From Candidatus Latescibacterota bacterium (GTDB lineage Bacteria; Latescibacterota; UBA2968; UBA8231), in assembly GCA_965215195.1 (NCBI GenBank), contig CBDCDC010000002.1, positions 2,304,001 to 2,368,000 of the forward strand: a stretch of 64,000 nucleotides of DNA, read 5' to 3'. Each line of letters starts with the position of its first letter. The first letter of the stretch is position 1. Positions 28,734 through 39,234 of this stretch are shown here, in pieces. Under the pieces are notes generated by a model. It saw only the letters and a list, made by a program, of their open reading frames with translations, had not been told where the DNA came from and did not search any database. The translations under genes were made by a program, and so were the position numbers.

Positions 28734-29885
28734 CTATTTCGGCCCAGTAATAAAGTCGAGGTAATTCCCTTGATGGACGACCTCAAACGAACTGTCGCGG
28801 TACGCTTGCCGCCAGCCTCCGGGCACCCGGGTGGTGGCTTGAGGCGACCATTTCATTTCAGCGGCGTACAGCCCCCCTCCCCACTCCTCGATCAAGTCGA
28901 TCTCCTGCTGGTCGTAGGTGCGCCAGAAATGGCTCTCGGCCAAGCGCCCCGTATATAGGTTGTACTTCAGTCGTTCGACCAAGACATAGTTCTCCCACAA
29001 GGCCCCCACATCGTCGCGCAGAGACAGGACGTTGAAGTTGTTGATCAGTCCGTTCCTAATGCCATTGTCGTAAAAATAGTACCGCCGGCTCTTGGTAATT
29101 TCCTTGCGGAGATTGCGGCTGAAGCCGCGGCGGCTATAGAGGATATAGGCTTTTTCGAGCAGGTCGAGATAGCGCTCTACCGTGTTCTTGTTCATGCCTA
29201 ATTGGGTTCCCAGTTCCGCCACTGAAACCTCGCGGCCAATCTGAAAAGCGAGCAACTGGAGCAAGCGGAGCAGTTTGTCGGCGTGTCGAACGCCTTCCAA
29301 CTGTAGAATATCTTTGAACAGATAGGAAGCGATTAGTTCCTTTATATAGAGCTGGCGGTCTTCGTTCGACTCCATGAGGACGACCTCCGGGTAAGACCCG
29401 TAGATCAACCGCAGTTCGAGCTGGGCCTTGGTTTGGTGGGCTGTTTCCACCTCCTGCAGTTCGAGCTGGGCCAAGGGCAACAGCAGCAGAGTGTATTTGC
29501 GGCCGGTCAAAGGCTCGCCCGTCTGCTGCGCTAGATCAAAGGAAGAAGACCCCGTGGCGATAATGCGAAGCCCTGCGACGTGATCGGCTAATAGCTTCAG
29601 ATTCAGGCCGATTTGCCGCACGTGCTGGGCTTCGTCGATAATCAATGTGCGCCGTTGGCCGATAAAAGCTCGCAATTTGACCAAGGATTGACTTTCCAAA
29701 TAGTCGCGTACCGTTATATCTTCCCCAGTCACTACGAGGGCGTCGCGGTCGTACTGGTGGACGTAATGCTGAATCAACGTGGTCTTACCCACCCGCCTAG
29801 GACCGTACACCACGGCGACTTTACCGGGAGTAGCGAGGCGCTTGAGTCGAGTAAGTTGTGCTTGGGGAATATAGATATCGGACAT
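28734..29885 (-). CDS. AAA_14 ATPase with DUF4143
   Basis: GPRRVGKTT, IIDEAQ, TGSS, YGSYPE, GALWEN, EIDL...EMKW. Confidence 0.9.
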   Translation of the reverse strand: MSDIYIPQAQLTRLKRLATPGKVAVVYGPRRVGKTTLIQHYVHQYDRDALVVTGEDITVRDYLESQSLVKLRAFIGQRRTLIIDEAQHVRQIGLNLKLLADHVAGLRIIATGSSSFDLAQQTGEPLTGRKYTLLLLPLAQLELQEVETAHQTKAQLELRLIYGSYPEVVLMESNEDRQLYIKELIASYLFKDILQLEGVRHADKLLRLLQLLAFQIGREVSVAELGTQLGMNKNTVERYLDLLEKAYILYSRRGFSRNLRKEITKSRRYYFYDNGIRNGLINNFNVLSLRDDVGALWENYVLVERLKYNLYTGRLAESHFWRTYDQQEIDLIEEWGGGLYAAEMKWSPQATTRVPGGWRQAYRDSSFEVVHQGNYLDFITGPK

Positions 29886-29950
29886 AATGCTAACCGAATT
29901 AACGTTAATTCAGTCATTTGTCAAGCCCACAATCACAGAGCGAGCACCCA

Positions 29951-30736
29951 ATGGAACTGGAAATAACCTCCCTGCACCAAGAACAGTACGAGCGCGACGG
30001 CTTTGCGATCGTCCGCGGCGGCTTTACCGCCAACGAGTGCGACCGCTTTGTCGCCTACATGATGGATCTCCACGCCGGCCGCTTCAGCGTCGAGGGCTAT
30101 CTCCCGCGCCAGCCGGACGATTGGAGCCGCTTAATCAGCCGCAGCCTGCACCATCCGGCCGGCCTAGCTTGGATGCTCGATGCCAGACTGCGCCAGCCGC
30201 TGCGCACCTTCCTTGGGGACGAGCCTGACGGGGTTCAGAGCATGTATTTTTACAAGGGATCCGAGCAACGCCGGCACCAAGACGCCTTTTTCCTGCCGGG
30301 CTGCATGTCGGCTTGGGTCGCTCTCCAGCAAGTCAGCACCCGCAACGGCAGCCTTCGCATTCAGGTGGGCTCCCACAAGAGAGAGCTAATAGAAAAGCGC
30401 CATTTCCGCTGCGATGAAAACGGCGAGCCGGGCCCTTGGTATGGCTGGAGCCAAGACGACGCCTTTGATGCCCTTTTCGCCCGCAACGAGTTGCCGGAAA
30501 TTGCCATTGAAGCGGCCCAAGGCGACGTCGTGTTCTTCAACGGCCGCTCAATCCACCGCGGCGGCCCCATTTTGGACGAGGACGCTTTTCGCCATAGTTG
30601 GGCCGGCCACTACATTCCCCGCTCCTACAATCCGTGGCCCTACGAGAGCCACCCCCGATTGCGCGTCTCCTTTGACGGCGTGTGCCGCTTTACGCCCACG
30701 CACGGAGACCGCTTCGCCGTCTATGAGGTGCGGTAA
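29951..30736 (+). CDS. PhyH-family dioxygenase
   Basis: QYERDGF, HQD, NGSLRIQVGSH, GDVVFFNG..IHRG. Confidence 0.9.
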   Translation: MELEITSLHQEQYERDGFAIVRGGFTANECDRFVAYMMDLHAGRFSVEGYLPRQPDDWSRLISRSLHHPAGLAWMLDARLRQPLRTFLGDEPDGVQSMYFYKGSEQRRHQDAFFLPGCMSAWVALQQVSTRNGSLRIQVGSHKRELIEKRHFRCDENGEPGPWYGWSQDDAFDALFARNELPEIAIEAAQGDVVFFNGRSIHRGGPILDEDAFRHSWAGHYIPRSYNPWPYESHPRLRVSFDGVCRFTPTHGDRFAVYEVR

Positions 30737-30756
30737 AGCCAAGGAGGAGGTTGACC

Positions 30757-32127
30757 ATGAAGCTGTGGATGGATGTAATGCGCGACCTCGAGAGCGTGAT
30801 GAACGATCACGAGCGCATACTCGATGCTTGGGCCGAGGGCGGCGTCGACGGCGTCGTGTTCGGCCCACTCGTGTTCGGCACTGCGAAACTGTCGAAGCAG
30901 GCCGTGTCCGCTCCCAGCGGCGATGTCGTGGCGGATGCGTACGATCCGAACCCGGCTGTGTACGCGCGACTCGGAGTCGAGCCGCCGCCGCCGCCGGAAC
31001 AGAAGCTGCCCGAGAAAAGGGCTCTGCTAGAAAAGACCATGAACGCCGCCAAGGACCGCGGCATGCAGGTCTATTGCATGTACGCCGATGGCGGTGCCGG
31101 TCCAGGAGGTACGGGCCACCACCTGCACGACGACAAGACGCTGGCATCGCGGGTGGCGCGCATGGTCGACGCGCTAGAGCACTTCCCAATGGCGGATGGC
31201 GCGGTGATGGACGGGCCGGAGTGGGGGTACGAAATCGCCCCTCATCACATGAACCACCGCTCCTACTTCTTTCACGACCTGCCGCAATCTGTGGCACCGA
31301 TGGCCGAGGATCTGGGGTACGACTACGAGGCCATGGTGGCCGCCAAAGACAGGCTCCGGTCCCTGCTTCACAACCTCGACCCGGTGCGCATCCGCGCACA
31401 CGCCCGCGGCGGTCTAGTCGGAGCCTACCGCATGCTCGGCGCCGATCCCGACCTGATGGCTTGGCTGTCGTTTCGGGCCGACTCCCTGACGCGCTATTTT
31501 CGCCGCATCCGCGCCGGCGTCGCCGCCGAGTTGGATCACCCGGTGCGCTTGGGATGCGGCCCGCGCTCGGCCGCCTTCGCGCCCTTGTGCGGGTACGACT
31601 TCGTCGATCTGGCCCAGTTCATGGATTTCCTGCTGCCGAAGCACTACTTCTTTCACCGCGGCTTCGACGGCTTTCTCGGCACGGTCTATCGCTACTCGCA
31701 GACGCTTTTGGAGTGGAATCCGGGGATCAGCGTGGCCGACACCCTCGATGTCGTGCAGGCCCTCTTCGGCATCGTCCTGCCGGGGGTGGGCGACGACATG
31801 CTCGATTTCGAGAGCGCCCTCAATCCAGAGTTTTTCGCGCAGGTGGTAACGCAGGAGACGCAACGGGCGCTGGCCTCGGTCGACGACCCGCAGCGCATCG
31901 TGCCCTGGCTCGACAGCGGTCGCTTTCCCCACGACGGCGACCCAATGTCGGCGCGCGACCTCAAGATGTTGCTCGACGCGGCCGAGGCCGCAGGGCTCAG
32001 GCGCTTCAACTACCACCATCAGGGGAACCTCAGTCCGGGTGAATGGGTGGTCATCAGCGACAAATGCGGAACCCGCTGGGACCCGCGCAAGAGCGACTAC
32101 GAGCCACCGGACGAGCTGGTGTTGTAA
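30757..32127 (+). CDS. Hypothetical protein, possible TIM-barrel/glycoside hydrolase-like fold
   Basis: Long ORF with host-like codon bias and a GGAGG RBS. The fold call is tentative. Confidence 0.65.
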   Translation: MKLWMDVMRDLESVMNDHERILDAWAEGGVDGVVFGPLVFGTAKLSKQAVSAPSGDVVADAYDPNPAVYARLGVEPPPPPEQKLPEKRALLEKTMNAAKDRGMQVYCMYADGGAGPGGTGHHLHDDKTLASRVARMVDALEHFPMADGAVMDGPEWGYEIAPHHMNHRSYFFHDLPQSVAPMAEDLGYDYEAMVAAKDRLRSLLHNLDPVRIRAHARGGLVGAYRMLGADPDLMAWLSFRADSLTRYFRRIRAGVAAELDHPVRLGCGPRSAAFAPLCGYDFVDLAQFMDFLLPKHYFFHRGFDGFLGTVYRYSQTLLEWNPGISVADTLDVVQALFGIVLPGVGDDMLDFESALNPEFFAQVVTQETQRALASVDDPQRIVPWLDSGRFPHDGDPMSARDLKMLLDAAEAAGLRRFNYHHQGNLSPGEWVVISDKCGTRWDPRKSDYEPPDELVL

Positions 32128-33695
32128 GCTTGGTCCTCCCTAGGGCCGATGACGCGGCGAGCGCGGTCGCTCAGGCGCCGCGGGGTCCATTTCGGCTCGC
32201 GGACGAGGCGCACTTCGATCTCGCCGACGTCGCGCAGGCGGGCGCGGAGCTGCTCCTCAATGCCAGCGGAAAACCAATCGAGCCAGGTCTCGCGGCCCGC
32301 GTACGGCATGACGATGTCGACGCGGATGTCGCTCCCTTCAATGACGACCTCCTGCACGATTCCGATATCGAAGAAGCTGAGCTGGCGCTGGCCCCAAGGC
32401 GATCCTTGAACGTAGAGCTCGAATTCGTTCGTGGCCCGCAGTGCGTCCATGACATTGTCGCGGCTGATCGGCCTAGGAGCCGGGAGGGCCTCTCCTTGGG
32501 TGATTGGGTTGAGCAGGCGCTGCTGGTAGCCGACGAGGTCGGCGAGGCCGCGGTGCTTTCCTCCCTCTTCGTATCGGTGCAGGACGTAGGCGTTCTTCTC
32601 GTACACGTGCTCGCCAGCGCGCATCGCCGCGTTATGTACCGGATAGCGGACCCAAGTGCCGATGTGCGAGAATCCGGCGTGAGCTGGCTGCGGCCAGCTC
32701 GGGTTGGTGTTCTCGAATTCGAGGTGAATGCTGCCGAATCCTTCGCCGGTTTCGCGGTTGAAATGGGTCACCCAGCGAGGGTCCTCGCGCTGCCAGCCCC
32801 GGGCCCCAAAACCGATCTCTCCCTCCGGCCCCATCCAAGCTCGTTCGGGTAGCTGTTCGCCGATGACGAACTCGTCGTTGCGGCAGTCGCGGAAACGCAC
32901 GTCCTCGAGAACCTCGAGCTTCGACTCCATGATGACGTAGGGCTGACCGGCCCAGAAGCTGTAGGTTACAGTAGCCATGACCTTGTGGGGCCGGCCGACT
33001 TGGGGACCGATTGACAGGATCGGATGGCCCCAGCGGCGGATGCGCACGCAGACCGGTCCCTTGACTACATCATAATCGAACAGGGGCGGGCCGTCCCAGT
33101 TGGTGAGCCGGTAGCGGCCAACGCGCTCGTCACTCCAGTCGGGGCCCCAGTGAATGGTGCCTTCGACTCCGTGGCCGTGTCGATTTACGAGTTTTGCTGG
33201 CCCCCTTTTCGAGTAGTGATCCTTCCAGTTGCCGTTCATCTTCCCGAGGACAGCGCGGTAATGCTCGTTTTCCACCTCGAGGGCATACCCTTCGCCCGAG
33301 ACCTTGAGGTCCGTGTCGTAGTGGGGCTCGGGTGCCTCCGGGTTGCCGTATAGCAGGAGGTAGGTCGCCGAACCTCCGGCGGCCACATCGGCGAGGAAAA
33401 ACAGCCGGCAGCGCAGCAACTCGTCTTCGCGGTCCATGAGGTGCGCCTGACTCGGCACGACTTCTATAGGACCGGTTTCGCTGTGGAGACGGGCGACGCG
33501 GATCTCGCGGCCGAGGTCGGTGACGTGGCCAGCGTGAATGTCCACGTCCGCTTCAATCGGTTCGCCCCGGCGGTCGTGCGTCGTGTCGTTCACCAGCACT
33601 AGGCGCTTGGCGTACTTCCAGTTAGGAGGCACTTGCGGCAGTGATGCGGTCGAGTCCCAGTCGCAGGCGGGAATGTAGATGGAAGATTCTTTCAT
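32097..33695 (-). CDS. Hypothetical protein with a C-terminal DUF59/MIP18 (FeS assembly P)-like domain
   Basis: C-terminus VMDALR...FFDIGIVQEV...EVRLVREPKWTPRRLSDRAR. The N-terminal region is beta-rich (YLLLYGNPEA). Confidence 0.7.
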   Translation of the reverse strand: MKESSIYIPACDWDSTASLPQVPPNWKYAKRLVLVNDTTHDRRGEPIEADVDIHAGHVTDLGREIRVARLHSETGPIEVVPSQAHLMDREDELLRCRLFFLADVAAGGSATYLLLYGNPEAPEPHYDTDLKVSGEGYALEVENEHYRAVLGKMNGNWKDHYSKRGPAKLVNRHGHGVEGTIHWGPDWSDERVGRYRLTNWDGPPLFDYDVVKGPVCVRIRRWGHPILSIGPQVGRPHKVMATVTYSFWAGQPYVIMESKLEVLEDVRFRDCRNDEFVIGEQLPERAWMGPEGEIGFGARGWQREDPRWVTHFNRETGEGFGSIHLEFENTNPSWPQPAHAGFSHIGTWVRYPVHNAAMRAGEHVYEKNAYVLHRYEEGGKHRGLADLVGYQQRLLNPITQGEALPAPRPISRDNVMDALRATNEFELYVQGSPWGQRQLSFFDIGIVQEVVIEGSDIRVDIVMPYAGRETWLDWFSAGIEEQLRARLRDVGEIEVRLVREPKWTPRRLSDRARRVIGPREDQAYNTSSSGGS

Positions 33696-33833
33696 CCGGG
33701 ATTTTTCCATGGCAAAAGAGTAAACATGAGTACGTTTTCCCGCGAATATGCAACGGACGCGACCGAGGCACAATAGCAGCAGCTTGATCGACTGTTGCTG
33801 GCGCACTGCTAGTTTGTTGGTGTCCCAACTGTT

Positions 33834-34109
33834 TCAACAAGCCAGATGCTCATCGAGAGCGGCACTGAGTTGGCGAAGAACCTCGGGAAACGCGGAGGAT
33901 ACGTCGTCCCTTTCGTTGCGCTCGAGATCGTACAGTATTTGGGGCCACTCGCGCTGAAGGCGCTTGGTCTCGTCAGGCGTAATGTGCATCGGCTCGAAGT
34001 TATCCCCTCCGCTGCGCTTCCTCGAGTGTTTGTCCGGCATGTGCAAGCTTTCTGTTCGGCGAGCAAGGTAGCCGTTCACCGTGTTCATTCTATAATCAAA
34101 GCTTTCCAA
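33834..34109 (-). CDS. Hypothetical protein or gene fragment
   Basis: Short ORF filling an intergenic gap. No motif recognised. Confidence 0.25.
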   Translation of the reverse strand: MESFDYRMNTVNGYLARRTESLHMPDKHSRKRSGGDNFEPMHITPDETKRLQREWPQILYDLERNERDDVSSAFPEVLRQLSAALDEHLAC

Positions 34110-34243
34110 ACCTTATTCGAGGTTGTCAAGAGAAAATTTAGCGCGGCACCGACGCAAGCCACGTCCCTTCCGCACGGCGACGCGGCGATTGCGGCCTACG
34201 GCCCATTTGCCTAATCTGAATATCTTCCCCAAGCGGAGCGGCG

Positions 34244-34741
34244 ATGAACGCAGAAAAATTCGACTATGCCCAATGGTGCGACAGCACGGGCGCACCCCTA
34301 GCGAAAATGCCCGACCGGCTCGGCGTGGCGACCAATGGCTTTATCCGCGACCAGACCGGCAAAATCCTGCTGCAACAGCGCGCGGACAGCGGCTTTTGGG
34401 GCATGCCCGGCGGGCAAGTCGAACTCGGCGAGTCCGTCGAGCAGGGCGTGGTGCGCGAAGTGTATGAGGAAACGGGCTTAGAGGTGCGCGTCGAGCGGCT
34501 GATTGGGATTTACTCCGGGCCGGAGAGCTACCCGTTTATGCGCTACCCCAACGGCACCATCGTCCACTACGTCACCCACGTCTTTATCTGCGACCCCATT
34601 GCCGGCGCATTGCGGCTCTCCGCAGAAAGCACGAACATCGGCTATTTTGCCGCCGATGCCCTGCCCGCCCAGACCTTGCTCTCGCACCGCATCCGCATTG
34701 AGGACGCCCTGACCGGCCTAGTCTCCCCGTTCATTCGCTAA
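34244..34741 (+). CDS. NUDIX hydrolase
   Basis: Nudix box GGQVELGESVEQGVVREVYEETGL. Confidence 0.93.
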   Translation: MNAEKFDYAQWCDSTGAPLAKMPDRLGVATNGFIRDQTGKILLQQRADSGFWGMPGGQVELGESVEQGVVREVYEETGLEVRVERLIGIYSGPESYPFMRYPNGTIVHYVTHVFICDPIAGALRLSAESTNIGYFAADALPAQTLLSHRIRIEDALTGLVSPFIR

Positions 34742-34820
34742 TGTTGACCGCACTTCGCCCAACAGCAGATATTTCTTTTTCGCTCGCCCCAACCTTCAAC
34801 TCGCCAAGAAGAGGAACGAC

Positions 34821-35798
34821 ATGATCAAAATTGCCGAAGTCCTGCCCGATCACCCCACGCCGCTGTGGAAGATGGTCAAGCAATGCGGCGTCAACCACGT
34901 GGTCGGCGGCTTCTCCACACCCGGAGACCCGGCCGACATCCATCCCGAGCAACGGCCCTGGAGCTTTACCAACCTCGTGCGAATGAAAACCGCCTTTAAC
35001 GACGGCGGCTTCTCCCTCGACGTCATCGAAGCCCGCCCGCCGCTCAACAAGGCCAAGCTCGGCCTCTCGGACCGCGACGAGGAGATCGAGTACGCCTGCG
35101 AGCTGATTCGCAACATGGGCAAGATCGGCATTCCGGTCTGGTGCCCGGAGTGGATGCCCGTGCTCAACTGGACCCGCACCTCAATGGCCGCGCCCGGGCG
35201 CGGCGGCGCCATGGTCACCGGCTTTGACAACGAACTAATGAAAAACGCGCCCCTGACCGACGCTGGCGTCGTCACCGAAGAGCAGCTTTGGGACAATTTG
35301 CAGTACTTCCTCGAAAAGGTCGTGCCGGTCGCCGAGGAAGCTGGCGTCAAACTCGCCATGCACCCGGACGACCCCCCGCTGTCGCCCCTGCGCGGCATGG
35401 GGCGGATCATGCGCAGCGTCGAAAACTACCAGAAGCTCCTCAACCTAGTGCCCAGCCCGGCCAATGGCATCTGCCTGTGCCAAGGCAACTTCACCCTGAT
35501 GACCGACGATTTGCCTGAGGTCATTCGCCACTTTGGCGACCGCATCTTTTTCGTCCACTTCCGCGACGTGCGCGGCACGCCCGAAAAATTCGTCGAAACC
35601 TTCCACGACGAAGGCAAGACCGACATGCGTGCCTGCATGGAAGCCTACCGCGACATTGGCTTTGAAGGTGTCCTGCGCCCGGACCACGTGCCGACGATGG
35701 AAGGCGACCGCAACGACAGCCCGGGCTATTCGTCGATCGGGCGCTTGTTTGCCATCGGCTATATCAAGGGGCTGCGCGAGGCCGTGTACGCGAATTAA
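34821..35798 (+). CDS. uxuA: Mannonate dehydratase-family protein
   Basis: LWDNLQYFLEKVVPVAEEAGVKLAMHPDDPP, HFRDV, RPDHVP, GRLFAIGY. Confidence 0.88.
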   Translation: MIKIAEVLPDHPTPLWKMVKQCGVNHVVGGFSTPGDPADIHPEQRPWSFTNLVRMKTAFNDGGFSLDVIEARPPLNKAKLGLSDRDEEIEYACELIRNMGKIGIPVWCPEWMPVLNWTRTSMAAPGRGGAMVTGFDNELMKNAPLTDAGVVTEEQLWDNLQYFLEKVVPVAEEAGVKLAMHPDDPPLSPLRGMGRIMRSVENYQKLLNLVPSPANGICLCQGNFTLMTDDLPEVIRHFGDRIFFVHFRDVRGTPEKFVETFHDEGKTDMRACMEAYRDIGFEGVLRPDHVPTMEGDRNDSPGYSSIGRLFAIGYIKGLREAVYAN

Positions 35799-35886
35799 GC
35801 CATCCTACGTCATTCATAAGTAGGCAGGCGGTATGCTGCGGATAATCGAATGATTGTGGGTTGCTACTTACAGCCCGTTCAATGCG

Positions 35887-36915
35887 ATGTGTAATCGTTT
35901 AGCGGCAAAAATCCGCACGTACTTGTCGATACTGGGCGCGCTCCTGCTCGCCATCCATCCCTTGGGAGCCGAGGAACTGCGCCTTGGCGGGCCGGGTGGC
36001 TGGGGCGAGTGGAAGCTGCCCGGCGACGCGATCGATATCGCCGATGGCGTGCTCAAGCCCGCGTTCGTGCGCCAGAATATCGACGCAGTGCAAAACGCCG
36101 CGACCTTTGGCGGCGGCATCCGCGCCGCGGGCACGGCCCTAAATCGCGCGGCGCGGCTGATTGACGGCAACGTAGAGACGGCTTGGACGCCCGCTGCCGA
36201 GGCCCCGCTAAAGGACTGGTGGATAGAGGTCGATCTAGGTCGGGTGGTCTCGGCGCGTACCATACGCCTGCACTTTGCCGCAGGCAGCGAGCCGCTCGCA
36301 TTTTTCAAGGTTTTCACTTCCGACGGCGAGCCTTTCTTCACCAACGCTGGCGTGGCCATTGAGGGGACCCTGCGCTACAACGACCGCCGCCTGTACAGCT
36401 TTAACCAAGACCGGATCGTCGAGATCGACTTTGGCCTCAAGCCCCTAAAGCACATTCGCATCCAAGCCGACAGGAAGACCCTTGGCGCCCAGCTCAGCGA
36501 GCTGTCAGTAGAGAGCGTGGGCGACAATCTGTCCCTCGGCGCACAAGAGCGCGGCGGTCAGATCGATGTGCATAGCCTAGTCGGCTCGGGCCGGAACGAG
36601 CGCTACGAGAATCCCTTGATCAGCCGCAACCTAATCGACGGGGATATCACCTCGTACTGGGGCCGCAAGGAGGGGCGCGGGAAGACGCCGGTGGGGCGCT
36701 TCGTCCTCGACTTGGGCGTGCTCTTTTGGGTAGATCGAGTGCGGTTGTTGGGAGATTTCACCGGGCTGCCGACGACCGGCGAGAGAGCTCGCACCCGCTT
36801 TGGGTCCATCAACTACTTGTGGTACAAGATGTATGGGTCGGACGGCTCGCTGGCACCGGACGGCTCGCTGCGCTGGATCTCGCTGGGGGAGTTGCCCGAA
36901 TCGCCGCGCAACCAG
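35887..36915 (+). pseudogene. Truncated large secreted discoidin-domain protein
   Basis: Signal peptide and two discoidin-like repeats (LIDG..ETAW...EVDLG, LIDGDITSYW...LDLG). Protein-like sequence ends at about 36915 and the frame runs antisense into the next gene. Confidence 0.7.
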
Positions 36916-36952
36916 CTAAGTCCCATTTTGCAGGGCCGCCGGGTGCTAACTC

Positions 36953-37831
36953 CTAATTCCCAACGGCACTTGCCTCCATCACCCCCAACCCTTCCTCCAA
37001 TTCCTCGACGCTGGCAAAGGCGACCAAGGTGCAATGTACCCCCTCGGTCGCCAGCACCCATTGAATCGCCCGTTCGGTGCGCGGCACGCGCTCGCCCGGC
37101 TCGGCTAGCTCGTGCCAAGGGCCTGAAACAATCGGATAGACCAGCGGCAGCTCTCGGCGAATGCCTTCCCCCCTTGGCGATAGCTCCTCGACCTTTGACT
37201 CCCCCACGGCCGACCAGTCGGTCTGCGTCTTGTCGGCCCAGCTAAGCCACTGGCCGCCCAAGGCCTTCATAATCAGTACGCCCTTCCCAGCCTGTGCCGA
37301 CGCCGCAATGCCCGGGGCCTGCCAGCGGCAGACGTAGTTGTAGATGACCAAATCGGCGTCCGCTGCGGGTTCGGGGCCGCGTCCGGCATAGGCTTGTTGG
37401 TCGGCCAACATGTGCCGGATCAAGCACAAGGCGCGCACTTTGCCCTTGGCTTGGCACGCGGCGATGCGCTCGGCCAAACCCTCGTTTTGCAGATAGGCAT
37501 AGTGGTGTACCCGCAAAATATCAATGGCTTCGCGGCGCACATTGGCGAGGTGCTTGTCGATAGTTTCCTCCACCTCGGCGGCTGCCGGTGCGCCCACCTT
37601 GAGCGAGAAGAAGCGGTCGTCCCGCGGGCCTTTTAGTTCGTCCGGGATGTGGACTTCGTCGCCGTAGCCCATGTCGAATAGGTTGATGCCCAGCTCAACG
37701 GCCCGCAGGTAAATCCGGCGTTTCTCCGCGGGCGGCGGATGGCCGTTGACGCCCTCGTAGCGGGCCAACAGCCCGCCCAAGCCGATGGTACTCAGCTCCA
37801 TGTCCGTCTGTCCAAAGCGGCGGTATTCCAC
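36953..37831 (-). CDS. Aldo/keto reductase family protein
   Basis: YRRFGQTDMELSTIGLGG, AVELGINLFD, MKALGG. Confidence 0.82.
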   Translation of the reverse strand: MEYRRFGQTDMELSTIGLGGLLARYEGVNGHPPPAEKRRIYLRAVELGINLFDMGYGDEVHIPDELKGPRDDRFFSLKVGAPAAAEVEETIDKHLANVRREAIDILRVHHYAYLQNEGLAERIAACQAKGKVRALCLIRHMLADQQAYAGRGPEPAADADLVIYNYVCRWQAPGIAASAQAGKGVLIMKALGGQWLSWADKTQTDWSAVGESKVEELSPRGEGIRRELPLVYPIVSGPWHELAEPGERVPRTERAIQWVLATEGVHCTLVAFASVEELEEGLGVMEASAVGN

Positions 37832-37987
37832 GATAGCCTCCTTGCGTCGTTAGCTTGCTGCACCCAATATGGCACGTTAATTTCTCCGCCACCATCCCGG
37901 CCGCACTTGGCACGACCGCGGGCACTACGTAAAACACTGGATCAACCTGCTCATCGCCGAGCGCGCCCAACAGGAGGTCGCCACCCC

Positions 37988-38815
37988 GTGAAACTCTACT
38001 ACAGCACCTATGGCATGAAACAACTCGACGTCTTTGGGGCCTTGCCGCGCCTCGCGGACATGGGTTACGAGGGCATGGAAATCGCCGTCACCCCGGGCTG
38101 GCCGACCGCGCCAGCCAACGTGGACGCGGCTGCCCGCAAAAGGCTCGCCGACCTCTTCCGCCAGCTCGGCTTCCCAGCGCCGGCCCTGATGGCCCTGCTC
38201 TCGCCTTGCGTCGAAGGCGAGGGACGCGCAGCCGCGCTAGCCCAGTTCAGGGCGACCTTTGAACTGAGTCGCGCACTCCGGCTCGACGACCGCCCAATGG
38301 TCGTCAGCACCACCCTCGGCCATCCCAAACCCGCTTGGGAGACCGGCAAAGGGCGCATCGCTGAGCTGGTCCTCGAAGTGGCCGACATGGCCGCTGAATA
38401 CGACGTCATCGTCGCCATTGAGCCGCATGCCGGCGACGACTTTGAGACGCCGGAAAAGGCCGCTTGGCTCATGCAGCAAACCAACCACCCGCACCTCGGC
38501 CTCAACTTCGACTACAGCCACTTTTGGGTTGAGGGCATTGACTTGCAGCACTCAATTGACCTGAACCTCCAGTACTCGGTCCACAATCACATCAAGGACG
38601 GCTATCTCGACGACGAGGGGCGGGTCCGCTATCTCCTGCCCGGCAGCGGCAAGCTGGACCTGAGGGCTTACTACAAGGCCATGCAGGACGCCGGCTGGGA
38701 CCAGTACCTCTGCCCGGAGGTCACTGGCCAAATATGGAACGCAGGCGGGTACGACGCTTGGAGTACGGCGCAGTTTTGCTACGATGCGCTAAGCGCGGCG
38801 CGGGGCCGATCCTAA
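37988..38815 (+). CDS. Sugar phosphate isomerase/epimerase (AP endonuclease 2 TIM barrel)
   Basis: GYEGMEI, AIEPH, NFDYSH, HIKD, PGSG. GTG start after GGAGG. Confidence 0.88.
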   Translation: MKLYYSTYGMKQLDVFGALPRLADMGYEGMEIAVTPGWPTAPANVDAAARKRLADLFRQLGFPAPALMALLSPCVEGEGRAAALAQFRATFELSRALRLDDRPMVVSTTLGHPKPAWETGKGRIAELVLEVADMAAEYDVIVAIEPHAGDDFETPEKAAWLMQQTNHPHLGLNFDYSHFWVEGIDLQHSIDLNLQYSVHNHIKDGYLDDEGRVRYLLPGSGKLDLRAYYKAMQDAGWDQYLCPEVTGQIWNAGGYDAWSTAQFCYDALSAARGRS

Positions 38816-38975
38816 GAAGCCGCCTGAAAACCCCTCGTGGCTTCGACGTCGAGCTCCGCCGAAACGCCGTCCTCTGCAACCCACAGGCGAGGGCGAGACG
38901 CCCTCGATCCCAAGGATTCCGGCGACTTGACTCTTGCCCTCCATCCCAAGGATTTTAGCGACCTAAGACAGCTTC

Positions 38976-39178
38976 TTAAGTACCCGACACCTAAAGTAGG
39001 CGACCCTTACTTTGAGTACGCCTTTTCTGCTGTTTCCGATGGGTGCGGGATCGAGGCACCAGTTCCCAAGCACGGGCTTGCGCCTGCTCTCGGGTCCGGG
39101 ATCGAGGGCGTCCCGCCCTCGACGAGGGCAAGATGCCCTCGATCCTTGGCAGGCTGAGGGCTGGTGTCGTGTAGTAAG
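38976..39178 (-). mobile_element. MITE family A, copy 2 (with ~50 bp of extra internal sequence)
   Basis: Same body as copy 1, inverted. Flanks GACAGCTTC at 38967-38975 and 39179-39187. Confidence 0.88.
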
Positions 39179-39234
39179 GACAGCTTCTAACGAACCTCTA
39201 CGATGCACACCAAGAAGCGCCCGATGGCTGGCGC

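Noticed and set aside
20437-29885. Prophage or integrative element
   Set aside because: No integrase, tRNA target, att repeats or phage structural genes were seen.
30414-32042. 542-aa alternative-frame ORF and other long shadow ORFs
   Set aside because: Arg/Ala/Pro-rich products typical of GC-rich off-frames, overlapping better-supported genes.
37871-37886. Possible sigma54 promoter TGGCACGTTAATTTCT
   Set aside because: The -12 element lacks the conserved GC, and it lies far from the bEBP gene.
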